Shown here: piece by piece, positions 29,722 through 39,977 of the stretch
Layout: each line of letters begins with the position of its first letter
How positions within the stretch are numbered: the first letter of the stretch is position 1
Assembly: GCA_021776615.1 (NCBI GenBank)
Contig: JAJFFO010000023.1
Coordinates: forward strand, 1 to 64,000
Source: Robiginitomaculum sp.
GTDB taxonomy: Bacteria; Pseudomonadota; Alphaproteobacteria; Caulobacterales; Maricaulaceae
Length of the DNA stretch: 64,000 nucleotides
Direction: 5' to 3'
The notes under the pieces: generated by a model
Database searches by the model: none
Seen by the model: the letters and a program-made list of their open reading frames with translations, nothing else
What the model was told of the DNA's origin: nothing
Program-made: the position numbers and the translations under genes

Positions 29722-30699
29722 ATGGGTGCTGAAATACACCATTTAGCAACAAACCAGCGCAATCCCGGTGTTGCTTACCATCCTGAATGGGTAGAGAGCA
29801 TACGGGTTAACCGCTCGGCGGTTGAACGGCGCATATCCACCCTTGCCGCACGGCGCACCGTGAAAAAGCAATGGCAGGCCGCCTGGCTGCTGAAAGCCAT
29901 ATCCTTAATCGACCTGACGACCCTGTCTGGCGACGATACGCCGGGACGGGTGAAACGCCTGTGCGCTAAAGCGCGCCAACCCGTGCGCGAGGATGTGTTG
30001 GCCGCACTTGGCATGCAAAATGCCGGTCTGAAAACCGGCGCGGTATGCGTTTATCACGAAATGGTTCCGGTCGCCGTCAAGGCGCTGGAAGGCACGGGCA
30101 TGCCTGTCGCCGCCGTGTCTACCGGTTTTCCCGCCGGATTGTCGCCATTGGAAACCCGCTTGGCGGAAATTCGTGCTTCGGTTGCCGCCGGGGCCATGGA
30201 AATTGATATCGTTATTAGTCGCCGCTATGTGCTGACTGCCGATTGGAAAGCGCTTTACGATGAAGTGGCCGCCTATCGCGAAGCGTGCGGCGAGGCTCAT
30301 TTGAAGGCAATTCTGGCCACTGGCCAGCTTGGCTCGATGACCAAAATCGCCAAAGCCTCGATGATTTGCATGATGGCTGGGGCCGATTTTATCAAAACCT
30401 CTACCGGCATGGAAGCGGTCAACGCTACGCAGCCGGTGAGCCTGATCATGTTGCGCATGATCCGCGAATATTACCAGAAAACCGGCTATAAAATTGGCTT
30501 TAAGCCCGCTGGCGGGATTTCCACCGCCAAAGTGGCCTTGCAATATTTGGTGCTGGTCAAAGAAGAATTAGGCGATGAATGGTTGCAGCCGCATTTGCTG
30601 CGCTTTGGTGCCTCCAGCCTGCTGGGCGATATTGAACGCCAGCTCGAACATTACGTTACCGGTCGCTATAGCGCCGCCAACCGCCATCCGATGGGATAG
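29722..30699 (+). CDS. deoC: deoxyribose-phosphate aldolase, long (about 325 aa) form
   Basis: DeoC TIM-barrel motifs (IDLTTLSGDDT, AVCVYHEM, FIKTSTG Schiff-base Lys region, KPAGGI); start trimmed to MGAEIHH. Confidence 0.85.
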   Translation: MGAEIHHLATNQRNPGVAYHPEWVESIRVNRSAVERRISTLAARRTVKKQWQAAWLLKAISLIDLTTLSGDDTPGRVKRLCAKARQPVREDVLAALGMQNAGLKTGAVCVYHEMVPVAVKALEGTGMPVAAVSTGFPAGLSPLETRLAEIRASVAAGAMEIDIVISRRYVLTADWKALYDEVAAYREACGEAHLKAILATGQLGSMTKIAKASMICMMAGADFIKTSTGMEAVNATQPVSLIMLRMIREYYQKTGYKIGFKPAGGISTAKVALQYLVLVKEELGDEWLQPHLLRFGASSLLGDIERQLEHYVTGRYSAANRHPMG

Positions 30700-30702
30700 A
30701 TT

Positions 30703-33087
30703 ATGAGCGTTGCTGAAATATTTGACACGATGAATTATGGGCCAGCACCAGAAGACGCCTCCTATGTGCATGATTGGCTGAAGGCCCACAAAAGTGGGTT
30801 TTGCCATTTTATCAATGGCGAATGGGTGAAGCCGTCGAAAAAAAGTTATTTTGACGATATTAATCCGGCTAATGGCGAAGTGTTGGCCAAGATTGCCGAT
30901 GGCTCCAAAAGTGATGTGGATGCTGCGGTGGCGGCGGCTGGGGCCGCGCACCCGGCATGGGCGGCACTTAGCGGTCACCAACGCGCGCGCTATTTGTATG
31001 CGCTGGCACGATTAATCCAGAAAAACAGCCGGTTTTTGGCGGTGCTGGAAAGCCTTGATAATGGCAAAACCCTGCGCGAAACTCGCGATATCGATATTCC
31101 GCTGGCGGCGCGGCATTTTTATTACCATGCCGGTTGGGCGCAATTGCAGGACCAGGAATTGCCCGACTATGGGCCGCTTGGTGTTGTTGGCCAGATCATC
31201 CCATGGAATTTCCCGTTTTTAATGTTGTCGTGGAAAATTGCACCGGCTTTGGCGGCAGGCAATTGCGTGGTGCTGAAACCGGCGGAATTTACCTCGCTGA
31301 CCGCGCTTTTCTTCGCTCAATTGTGTGAAGAGGCCGGGCTACCCGCTGGCGTGGTCAATATTATCACCGGCGCGGGCGAAACCGGCGCGGCTTTGGTTGC
31401 CCATGAAGATGTGGCTAAAATCGCGTTTACCGGTTCCACGAGCGTAGGGCGTATTATTCGAGAAACAACAGCAGGTTCCGGCAAAAAGCTAACCTTGGAG
31501 TTGGGCGGTAAATCGCCATTCATTGTTTTCGAAGATGCCGATCTCGACAGTGCCGTTGAGGGCCTTGTTGATGCCATCTGGTTTAATCAGGGGCAGGTCT
31601 GTTGCGCCGGGTCGCGACTATTGGTTGAAGAAGGCGTCGCTGACGTTCTGATCGCCAAAATCAAGGAACGCCTGTCGCATTTTCGCATTGGCGATCCGCT
31701 GGATAAGGCCATGGATATGGGGGCGATTATCGACCCCACCCAGCGCGATACGATCGACAAATTGGTGCAGCAAGGCGTCGCCGAGGGTGCCGAGCTTTGG
31801 CAACCAGACGTGCCAATGCCCAAAGAAGGGTGTTTTTATCCGCCAACGCTGCTGACCAATGTCAGCCCCGCCAATGTCGCGGTGCGCGAAGAGATATTCG
31901 GTCCGGTCTTGACGGTGATGAGCTTTCGTACCCTCGATGATGCGGTGGCACTGGCCAATAATTCGCGTTATGGGCTGGCCAGCTCGATCTGGTCGGAAAA
32001 CATTAATCGCGCGCTGGAAGTGTCGGCGCAGATCAAGGCCGGTGTGGTCTGGGTCAATACCGCCAACCAGTTTGATGCCGCGTGCGGCTTTGGGGGCTAT
32101 CGCGAATCCGGTTTTGGCCGCGAAGGTGGTCGCGAGGGCATGTTTGAATATCTCAAACCGCGCTATGATTGGGCGGCCAAAGGCGAAGTGGTCATTGCCC
32201 CGCCAACACCCGCTGGCAAGCCCGAAATTGCCGCTTTTGGTGCCGTCGATCGCACGCCAAAAAACTATGTTGGCGGTAAGCAGGCGCGCCCGGACGGCGG
32301 CAATACCGTGCCGATACTCAACCATAAGGGCGAAATTGCCGGCCGGGTTGGGCAAGGCAATCGCAAAGACATTCGCAATGCCGTCGAAGCCGCGTTTAAA
32401 AATTCATGCTGGGCTAAAGCCACCGCCTATAACCGGGCGCAGATCCTTTATTACATCGCTGAAAACTTAAGCGTTCGCAGTGACGAATTTGTCGCTCGCC
32501 TGCGTGACCTTACCGGGCAAAGCAAGCAAAAAGCCGAGGCCGAGGTTGAAGCCTCAATCAGCCGCCTGTTCTCTTATGGTGCCTGGGCCGATAAATATGA
32601 CGGGCAGGTACATACACCGCCCGTGCGCAATGTGGCGTTGGCGGTTAAAGAACCCATTGGCATTATTGGTGCGGTTTGCCCCGATACCATGCCGCTTTTG
32701 AGCTTTATCTCCTTAATGGCCCCGATTATCGGGACCGGCAATCGCGCGGTATTGATCCCGTCCGAGCGCTATGCGCTGCTGGCCACCGATTTTTACCAGA
32801 TTCTGGAAACCTCTGACCTGCCCGCGGGCGTGGTCAATATTGTCACTGGTGCCCGCGATGAGATGGCCAAAACGCTGGCCGAGCACGATCAATTGGACGC
32901 GCTTTGGTATCATGGTTCCGCGCAAGGCGCGGCCATGGTTGAACGCCTGTCGATTGGTAATTTGAAACGCACCTGGGTCAATCATGGCAAAGCCCGCGAC
33001 TGGGTGGACACCAAGACCGGTGAAGGCCGCCGTTTCTTGCGCGAAGCCACGCAGGTCAAAAACATTTGGTTGCCTTACGGCGATTAG
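30703..33087 (+). CDS. two-domain aldehyde dehydrogenase: complete catalytic ALDH domain fused to a C-terminal ALDH-like domain lacking the catalytic Cys/Glu
   Basis: First half has IPWNFP, GNCVVLKPAE, LELGGKSP (Glu) and QGQVCCAGSR (Cys); second half repeats the NAD-binding-like segment (PIGIIGAVCPD, AGVVNIVTGA) but lacks catalytic motifs. Confidence 0.8.
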   Translation: MSVAEIFDTMNYGPAPEDASYVHDWLKAHKSGFCHFINGEWVKPSKKSYFDDINPANGEVLAKIADGSKSDVDAAVAAAGAAHPAWAALSGHQRARYLYALARLIQKNSRFLAVLESLDNGKTLRETRDIDIPLAARHFYYHAGWAQLQDQELPDYGPLGVVGQIIPWNFPFLMLSWKIAPALAAGNCVVLKPAEFTSLTALFFAQLCEEAGLPAGVVNIITGAGETGAALVAHEDVAKIAFTGSTSVGRIIRETTAGSGKKLTLELGGKSPFIVFEDADLDSAVEGLVDAIWFNQGQVCCAGSRLLVEEGVADVLIAKIKERLSHFRIGDPLDKAMDMGAIIDPTQRDTIDKLVQQGVAEGAELWQPDVPMPKEGCFYPPTLLTNVSPANVAVREEIFGPVLTVMSFRTLDDAVALANNSRYGLASSIWSENINRALEVSAQIKAGVVWVNTANQFDAACGFGGYRESGFGREGGREGMFEYLKPRYDWAAKGEVVIAPPTPAGKPEIAAFGAVDRTPKNYVGGKQARPDGGNTVPILNHKGEIAGRVGQGNRKDIRNAVEAAFKNSCWAKATAYNRAQILYYIAENLSVRSDEFVARLRDLTGQSKQKAEAEVEASISRLFSYGAWADKYDGQVHTPPVRNVALAVKEPIGIIGAVCPDTMPLLSFISLMAPIIGTGNRAVLIPSERYALLATDFYQILETSDLPAGVVNIVTGARDEMAKTLAEHDQLDALWYHGSAQGAAMVERLSIGNLKRTWVNHGKARDWVDTKTGEGRRFLREATQVKNIWLPYGD

Positions 33088-33095
33088 GATAAATC

Positions 33096-34430
33096 ATGTT
33101 GGTACCCCAAGAACTCATCCGCGCTAAGCGCGATGGCGAAACACTGCGCGCTGAAGATATTGCAAAATTTGCTGCTGGCATTGGCGATAATTCCATTTCC
33201 GAGGGCCAGATTGCGGCCTTTGCCATGGCAGTATTTTTCAATGGTATGAGCCGCGATGAATGTGTGGCGCTGACCTGCGCTATGCGCGATTCAGGCATGG
33301 TGATGGATTGGCAAAAAGCGGGCATTACCAGGCCGGTTTTGGACAAACATTCCACCGGCGGCGTTGGCGATAATGTCTCGCTCATGTTGGGGCCAATGGT
33401 CGCGGCGGCGGGCGGTGCGGTGCCGATGATTTCCGGGCGCGGCCTTGGCCATACCGGTGGCACGCTCGATAAGTTCGAATCCATACTCGGCTATCAGGCC
33501 ATGCCCGATCAGGACACTTTTATCGCGGTGGTCAAAGAGGTTGGCTGCGCCATTATTGGCCAAACCGCGGCTTTGGCCCCGGCAGACCAGCGTTTTTACG
33601 CCACCCGCGATGTTACGGCTACGGTGGAATCGGTACCGCTGATCACCGCCAGCATATTATCCAAAAAACTGGCAGAAGGCCTAGATGGTCTGGTGTTGGA
33701 CGTTAAATGCGGCAATGGAGCATTTGCATCTGACGAAAAATTCGCACGCGACTTGGCCACCAGCCTTGTCGGCGTTGCCAATGGCGCCGGGGTGCGCACC
33801 AGCGCTATCCTCACCGACATGAATGAGCCATTGGCCAGTGCCGCGGGCAATGCGGTTGAAGTGGTCAATGCGGTAAAATTCCTTACCGGAGAAGCGCGCG
33901 ATCCGCGCCTTGAAGAGGCGACACTTGTGCTGGTCGCCGAGATGCTGGTTTTGGGCGGTCTTGCTGCCAATCAAGACGCCGGTCTGGCAAAGGCGCGTCT
34001 GGTGCTGGATGATGGCAGCGCCGCAGACGTTTTTGGCCACATGGTTAGCGCCCTTGGTGGCCCCACCGATTTTGTCGAGCGTTATGCCAACTATCTGCCC
34101 AAAGCCCCGGTGGTCATGCCGGTTTTGGCGACCAAGGCCGGAATGGTTAGCGCTATTGATGCGCGCGGCGTTGGCCTGGCGGTGATTGGCCTTGGCGGCG
34201 GTCGCACCCGCGCCGACCAAAAAATAGACCATGCGGTTGGCTTTGAGGGTTTGGCAGCCATTGGCAGCAAAGTCGCGGCGGGCGAGCCGATTGCTATGGT
34301 GCATGCGCGCCATCAAGACGACGCAAACAATGCTGCGGCAGCACTAAAAAACGTCTATACTATCGATCAGGAAATGGCGAGCGCAATACGGCCCATGGTC
34401 ATTGCGCGCATTGACGGAGAGACGGTATGA
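33096..34430 (+). CDS. deoA: thymidine phosphorylase
   Basis: Pyrimidine-nucleoside phosphorylase motifs ([29 protein letters not shown]). Confidence 0.9.
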   Translation: MLVPQELIRAKRDGETLRAEDIAKFAAGIGDNSISEGQIAAFAMAVFFNGMSRDECVALTCAMRDSGMVMDWQKAGITRPVLDKHSTGGVGDNVSLMLGPMVAAAGGAVPMISGRGLGHTGGTLDKFESILGYQAMPDQDTFIAVVKEVGCAIIGQTAALAPADQRFYATRDVTATVESVPLITASILSKKLAEGLDGLVLDVKCGNGAFASDEKFARDLATSLVGVANGAGVRTSAILTDMNEPLASAAGNAVEVVNAVKFLTGEARDPRLEEATLVLVAEMLVLGGLAANQDAGLAKARLVLDDGSAADVFGHMVSALGGPTDFVERYANYLPKAPVVMPVLATKAGMVSAIDARGVGLAVIGLGGGRTRADQKIDHAVGFEGLAAIGSKVAAGEPIAMVHARHQDDANNAAAALKNVYTIDQEMASAIRPMVIARIDGETV

Positions 34431-35647
34431 GCCGGGTATTGGTATGTGAACTGGATAGTCTTGGCGTTGGCGCGTCTCATGATGCCGATAAATTTGGTGA
34501 TGAAGGCGCAGACACTCTTGGCCATATTGCCGACGAATGCGCCGCGGGCCGCGCCGATAAAGACGGTGTGCGCGCCGGGCCGCTGCACATCCCCAACCTT
34601 GTCGCCCTTGGCATGGGCGCGTTAAGTCATGCCAGCACCGGACGAACCGCGCCGGGTCTTAATGGCGCATCCGAATTTACCGGCGCATGGGGCTATGCGG
34701 TGGAAACCAGCTTTGGCAAGGACACCCCCAGCGGCCATTGGGAGGCCATGGGGGCACCGGCGACGTTTGAATGGGGCTACTTCACCGACCGAACCAATAG
34801 TTTCCCCGCTGAACTTGTCGAGGCTCTGGTCGCGCAGGCGGATTTACCCGGCGTGTTGGCGAATTGCCATGCTTCCGGCACCGAAATTATCAAGGAATTT
34901 GGCGAGCAACATATGCAGTCGGGCAAGCCGATCTTGTACACCAGCGCTGATTCAGTGGTGCAGATTGCCGCCCATGAAGGCAGTTTCGGCCTTGAACGGC
35001 TTTATGAAGTTTGTCTCATCGCCAGAAAGCTGGCCGATGATTATAATGTTGGCCGGGTGATTGCGCGTCCGTTTGAGGGTTTTAACGCCGCTGATTTTAC
35101 CCGCACCGTGGGCCGCCGCGATTATACCGTACCGCCGCATAAGCCGACTTTGCTGGACCGGGTCAGCGATGCCGGCCATGCGGTTATCGCGGTCGGCAAA
35201 ATTTCGGACATATTCGCGGGCTCCGGCGTAACCAAGGTTATTAAGGCGTATGGCAATTCCGATATTTTTGACGCCACCTTGCAGGCCATGAGCGACGCCC
35301 CAGACAATAGCTTTGTGATGACCAATTTTGTCGATTTTGATATGCTTTATGGCCATCGTCGCGACGTAATTGGCTATGCGGCGGCATTGGAAGCGTTCGA
35401 TAAGCGCCTGCCCGAATTGCAACAATGTTTGCGCCCCGATGATATGGTAATTTTAACCGCCGATCATGGTTGCGACCCGACCTTTCCCGGTTCTGACCAT
35501 ACCCGCGAGCATGTACCGGTATTGGCGTTTGGCCCCAAGGTCAAAGCCGGGCCTTTGGGGGAACGAAAGAGCTTTGCCGATATTGGCGAAACCGCCGCGC
35601 AATGGCTGGGCGTACAAGGCTTTGGCACCGGACAATCCTGGCTGTGA
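34427..35647 (+). CDS. deoB: phosphopentomutase
   Basis: 406 aa; alkaline-phosphatase-superfamily DeoB motifs ([22 protein letters not shown]); 4-nt overlaps on both sides. Confidence 0.88.
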   Translation: MSRVLVCELDSLGVGASHDADKFGDEGADTLGHIADECAAGRADKDGVRAGPLHIPNLVALGMGALSHASTGRTAPGLNGASEFTGAWGYAVETSFGKDTPSGHWEAMGAPATFEWGYFTDRTNSFPAELVEALVAQADLPGVLANCHASGTEIIKEFGEQHMQSGKPILYTSADSVVQIAAHEGSFGLERLYEVCLIARKLADDYNVGRVIARPFEGFNAADFTRTVGRRDYTVPPHKPTLLDRVSDAGHAVIAVGKISDIFAGSGVTKVIKAYGNSDIFDATLQAMSDAPDNSFVMTNFVDFDMLYGHRRDVIGYAAALEAFDKRLPELQQCLRPDDMVILTADHGCDPTFPGSDHTREHVPVLAFGPKVKAGPLGERKSFADIGETAAQWLGVQGFGTGQSWL

Positions 35648-36612
35648 AACTGCCTCTTATTGACCTGCATTGCCATCTTGAGGGGGCAGCGTCGCCGACG
35701 CTTATTCGCGCGCTGGCGGCACGCAATGGTGTGCAATTACCGGCGGACCTGTTTAATGCCGATGGCAGCTATTTGTGGAAAGATTTCAGCCATTTTTTAG
35801 AATCTTACGACGCCGCGTGCCAAGCCATACGTAAGCCAGAAGATTTTTTTGATCTTGCTTACACGCATTTTTCGGATGCCGCGCGTCTTGGCATGATTTA
35901 TGGCGAGGTGTTCATTTCCGCCGACCACGCGGCGGCCAGTGGCATTGCTTACCCAGAAATGCTGACTGCCTTGGAGGGCGGGTTTTCCAAAGCGCGGGCG
36001 CAAACCGGCGTTGAGGGGCGTTTTGTGCTTACCGCCATCCGCCATTATGGCGTTGAAAAGGCCGAGCAGACGGCGGCTCTGGCGCATGAGTTCCCGCATC
36101 CTTTGGTTACCGGCTTTGGCATAGCCGGCGACGAGGCATTTGGTCAGCCGGCGGACTTTGCCCGCGCTTTTGATGTGGCCCGTAATGCTGGTCTTGGCAT
36201 CACTGTGCATGCGGGCGAAGTCTGCGGGCCGCAAAGCATTGCCGCCGCCCTCGACGCGCTTAAGCCAGCGCGCATTGGCCATGGCGTGGCGGCAATCGGC
36301 GATGCGAGCCTTGTCGCCAGATTGGCCGATGAAGGCGTGGTGTTGGAAATATGCCCCGGCTCCAATATTGCCGTGGGTGTGTATGGTGCTTACGGTCAGA
36401 GCCCATTTTTGCGGCTGCGCGATGCCGGGGTGAAGGTCAGTCTTGGGGCCGATGATCCGCCATATTTCCATACCGACATTGCTAATGAATATGCGCAGGT
36501 TCAACAGGCTTTTGATTTGAGCGCGCCGGATATGCTGGCCATTAGTAAAACCGCTATTGAGGCTGCATTTTGCGATGACGCCACCAAGGCGAAATTGCTG
36601 GAAAAACTTTAG
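35644..36612 (+). CDS. add: adenosine deaminase (GTG start overlapping deoB stop)
   Basis: Metal-dependent hydrolase motifs (IDLHCHLEG, ITVHAGE, GADDPPYF). Confidence 0.85.
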   Translation: MKLPLIDLHCHLEGAASPTLIRALAARNGVQLPADLFNADGSYLWKDFSHFLESYDAACQAIRKPEDFFDLAYTHFSDAARLGMIYGEVFISADHAAASGIAYPEMLTALEGGFSKARAQTGVEGRFVLTAIRHYGVEKAEQTAALAHEFPHPLVTGFGIAGDEAFGQPADFARAFDVARNAGLGITVHAGEVCGPQSIAAALDALKPARIGHGVAAIGDASLVARLADEGVVLEICPGSNIAVGVYGAYGQSPFLRLRDAGVKVSLGADDPPYFHTDIANEYAQVQQAFDLSAPDMLAISKTAIEAAFCDDATKAKLLEKL

Positions 36613-38462
36613 GCCGTAAACAAAAGTGCCGTCCGGTAGGTGATAAATGCTGCCGCATAGGCCAGGGCAAACAGATAACTGACCATAAATATGGTCCATC
36701 CGCGCGAATTGGTTTCCCGGCGCACGGTGGCAATGGTCGCAAAGCATTGCGGCGCGAACACATACCATGCCAAAAATGACAAGGCGGTGGGCAGGGTCCA
36801 GGCGCTTTGCAATACTTGCGAGAGGCTATTGGCCACCTGATCTTCATTGCCCTGCAAGGCGTAAACCGTACCCATGGCGGCGACCACCACTTCGCGCGCG
36901 GCCATGCCGGGCACCAGGGCGATCACCGTTTCCAGCGAAAAGCCGATGGGGCGGAAAATCGGCTCCAACACAGAGCCAATCATGCCAGCAAAGCTGCCAC
37001 GAATACCGTCTTCGCTGTTGGGAAAACTTGCCAGAAACCAAAGCGCAATGGCGACGGCAAAAATCACCGTACCGGCGCGGCGCAAAAACACCCACGAGCG
37101 TTGCCATAATGCCAATGTGAAGTCCCACAAGCCCGGCAATTTATAGGACGGTAATTCCATCAATAACGGCTGGGTTTCGCCTTTGGTGAGGGTCTTGCGC
37201 AGTACAAAGGCGATAATAACCGCACTGAAAATGCCCGCCATATAAAGCGCAAACATCACCAGACCTTGCATGTTAAATATACCCACATTCTCGCGCGGAA
37301 TGAAGGCAGCAATGATCAGCGTGTAGACCGGCAGGCGCGCCGAACAGGTCATTAGCGGCGCGACCATTATGGTGGTCAAACGGTCACGTTCGCTCTCAAT
37401 GGTGCGGGCCGCCATTATGCCCGGCACCGCACAGGCAAAGCTGGACAGCAAAGGAATAAACGCACGGCCATTAAGCCCGGTGCGGCGCATTAATTCGTCC
37501 ATCAAAAACGCGGCACGACCCATATAACCAGAGCTTTCAAGGAGCAGAATAAAAGCAAACAGGATGATGATTTGCGGCAAAAACACCAAGACACTGCCGA
37601 CACCGGCAATGACACCATCGGCCAATAAACTGCCCAGCCAATCGGGCTGTATGCCGCGAACCTGCGTGTGCAGCAGGCCAAACATCTCGTCAATAAAGTC
37701 CATCGGATAATTGGCCCAGGCATAGACCGCCTGGAACATAAAAAACAAAACTGATGCCAATATTATCGGGCCGATAAGAGGATGCAGGAAGATGCTATCC
37801 AATTGCCGGGTCAGGGTGTTCATGGCGGCTTCGCGGACAATTACTTTATTGGCGAGACTGCGGGCGTCGCGCTGCATGGTTTTTAGCGTACCGGCGGTGA
37901 TTTCCTTCCGGGGCTGGTTCGCGCTTACTGCCGCGTCTTCCAAGAGCGCATCGACGCTTTGCATTAGTGCTTCGCGACCGGCTTTGCGCGCCGCATTGCA
38001 CGGGATGACCGGCATGTCCAAGGCGTTTTCGAGCGCGGCAATGTCGATCTCCATGCCGTCGCGTTTGGCCAAATCCATCATGTTGAGCACCAGAGCGGCG
38101 GGCCTGCCGAGCGCTTTTAGCTCAAACACATTGTGCAAATGGGTTCGCAAGGTGGTGGCATTGAGGAAAATCAGCAAAAGGTCGGGTGCCGTTTCACCTT
38201 CAATTTGCCCGGTAATCGCTTCAATAGCGACTTTTTCATCCAGCGTTCGGCCCGCCAGCCCATATATGCCCGGCAGATCCACAAGTTCGACCTGCTGGCC
38301 CTTGGGCGTGTGAAAATGCCCGGTACGGCGTTCAACGGTTACGCCCGGATAATTACCGGTTTTAGCCCGGCCGCCGGTTAAGCCGTTAAAAAGGGTGGTT
38401 TTTCCGGTGTTTGGGGCCCCGATCAGCGCGACGCGTAGCTTAGAATCTGGCCCTAAGCTCAC
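36609..38462 (-). CDS. feoB: ferrous iron transporter B
   Basis: N-terminal G-domain (GAPNTGKTTLFN, DLPG) then polytopic membrane domain with Gate motifs. Confidence 0.9.
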   Translation of the reverse strand: MSLGPDSKLRVALIGAPNTGKTTLFNGLTGGRAKTGNYPGVTVERRTGHFHTPKGQQVELVDLPGIYGLAGRTLDEKVAIEAITGQIEGETAPDLLLIFLNATTLRTHLHNVFELKALGRPAALVLNMMDLAKRDGMEIDIAALENALDMPVIPCNAARKAGREALMQSVDALLEDAAVSANQPRKEITAGTLKTMQRDARSLANKVIVREAAMNTLTRQLDSIFLHPLIGPIILASVLFFMFQAVYAWANYPMDFIDEMFGLLHTQVRGIQPDWLGSLLADGVIAGVGSVLVFLPQIIILFAFILLLESSGYMGRAAFLMDELMRRTGLNGRAFIPLLSSFACAVPGIMAARTIESERDRLTTIMVAPLMTCSARLPVYTLIIAAFIPRENVGIFNMQGLVMFALYMAGIFSAVIIAFVLRKTLTKGETQPLLMELPSYKLPGLWDFTLALWQRSWVFLRRAGTVIFAVAIALWFLASFPNSEDGIRGSFAGMIGSVLEPIFRPIGFSLETVIALVPGMAAREVVVAAMGTVYALQGNEDQVANSLSQVLQSAWTLPTALSFLAWYVFAPQCFATIATVRRETNSRGWTIFMVSYLFALAYAAAFITYRTALLFTA

Positions 38463-38464
38463 GC

Positions 38465-38707
38465 TTAACTATCCACTTCCACGAGGCGGGCTTCGGGCAG
38501 GCGTAGCGCAATAACGGTCTGGTTAACCCTCACAGATAAGGGCGTACCGCCAAAAATGCCGCGCCCCAACACTTCAACTTCGTCGCCTTCGGCAAAGCCA
38601 ATCTCGCGAAGTTTTATCACCATTGCCTCATTGAGGCGGGAGAATCCGCTAACTTTTGCGGCCTCGCGGGGCTTTAACTCGTTAAGGTTTTTGCGCTTTT
38701 TGCTCAT
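38465..38707 (-). CDS. feoA: ferrous iron transport protein A
   Basis: 80-aa SH3-like FeoA immediately upstream of feoB (2-nt spacer). Confidence 0.85.
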   Translation of the reverse strand: MSKKRKNLNELKPREAAKVSGFSRLNEAMVIKLREIGFAEGDEVEVLGRGIFGGTPLSVRVNQTVIALRLPEARLVEVDS

Positions 38708-38722
38708 GCTTTGGGTAAATCA

Positions 38723-38739
38723 CAAATGAGAAGCATTTG
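38723..38739. promoter_or_regulatory. Fur-box-like palindrome caaatg-agaag-catttg immediately upstream of feoA
   Basis: Inverted repeat read in sequence; AATGAgAAgCATT resembles the AATGATAATCATT Fur consensus core; location just 5' of feoA start. Confidence 0.4.
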
Positions 38740-38818
38740 CAACTAGCATTTCCGTGATCCGACAGGCCATGGCTGCGACAGGTCGCCGCAGGCCACGCAC
38801 ATAGCCCATTAGACGTGG

Positions 38819-39934
38819 CTATCGGGGTGGGGCTGTCTGTGTCCACGGGTGGCGTCCGATGGTATCGGCGCTTAGGGAACTTATATACAACCAGCCATCA
38901 CCGGCATCGTAAGCGCCGGTCGTCAACGGATAGGCCCCACTGGGGTCTTGCAGTACATTCAGCACATGCCCATCAAGGCCAAAATTGACCACGAGCCCGT
39001 AATTTTGTGCCGCCGGGCGCATAGAGGCGGGCAATCTTTGCATCATTTTTCGCACAAATGGCCTTTGTGAAAGTTTGTCAAAAGCTTCAGAGCGGGGGCT
39101 GGTCAGTCCAACCCAAAAAGTGCCGTCACCGGCGCGATTCACATTATCCGGAAAGCCGGGTAAATTGCTCAACACCGTGTCTACTTGACCGGCTTTGCTG
39201 CCATTCAACCAGATACGTTTTACTGAGTAAGTGCCGGTTTCGGCAACCAAGAAGCATATATCTTGCGGGCACATGGCAATGCCATTTGGAAATGTCAGCC
39301 CATCCAATACCGTGGTGACACTTTTATCTGCCGGGTCATAGACCAGCACGCGGCCGTCATTGCTATGTTCCATGAGCGCCAACAGGCTGCCAGCCATAGT
39401 GCCTTCTGCCGCTTTAGCGCCAAAGCGGGTGGAAGCATCAGAGAAGAAAATGCGGCCATCCGCAGCGATATCGAGATCATCGGCGTAAAGAATCGGTGAG
39501 CCATCATCGGTCTTATCGGCCAATACCTGCACTTCGCCGCCCGGATTGATCGACAATAAGCCACGGAAGGCATCGGCGATAATCAAATTGCCAGCGCCGT
39601 CAAACTCCATGCCCAAAGGGCGGCCCCCGGTATTGGCAAAAACCGAGGCGGTGTTACTTCGCGGATCCACGCGCAGCACAGTGCCATCATGGACGGCGGT
39701 GTAGAGAAAGAAGCTACCATCCTCCATCCGCCCGCTAATATCCTCCGGTCCGGCATGACCATCCAGCGCCAATCTGTCCAAATCGGCCAATTTATTATTG
39801 GCGGTAAAATCGCCGGTATAGCCTTGTGACAGCGGCGCGTCCCACGCCATCGGGCGCACCGGCACCGGCCAGTAAAGCAAATAGGCAATCGGGATAAGGA
39901 TAATCACCCCGATGATAAGTAAGGTCTTTTTCAC
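38819..39934 (-). CDS. strictosidine synthase-like / SMP-30-gluconolactonase-like beta-propeller protein with N-terminal membrane anchor
   Basis: N-terminal TM helix; repeated propeller-blade-like segments (GRPLGMEFDGAGNLIIADA, GRIFFSDAS, TFPNGIA). Confidence 0.65.
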   Translation of the reverse strand: MKKTLLIIGVIILIPIAYLLYWPVPVRPMAWDAPLSQGYTGDFTANNKLADLDRLALDGHAGPEDISGRMEDGSFFLYTAVHDGTVLRVDPRSNTASVFANTGGRPLGMEFDGAGNLIIADAFRGLLSINPGGEVQVLADKTDDGSPILYADDLDIAADGRIFFSDASTRFGAKAAEGTMAGSLLALMEHSNDGRVLVYDPADKSVTTVLDGLTFPNGIAMCPQDICFLVAETGTYSVKRIWLNGSKAGQVDTVLSNLPGFPDNVNRAGDGTFWVGLTSPRSEAFDKLSQRPFVRKMMQRLPASMRPAAQNYGLVVNFGLDGHVLNVLQDPSGAYPLTTGAYDAGDGWLYISSLSADTIGRHPWTQTAPPR

Positions 39935-39977
39935 GGCTACACCCCCCGAAAACGACGCACAATCGCGCCGCTATTAT

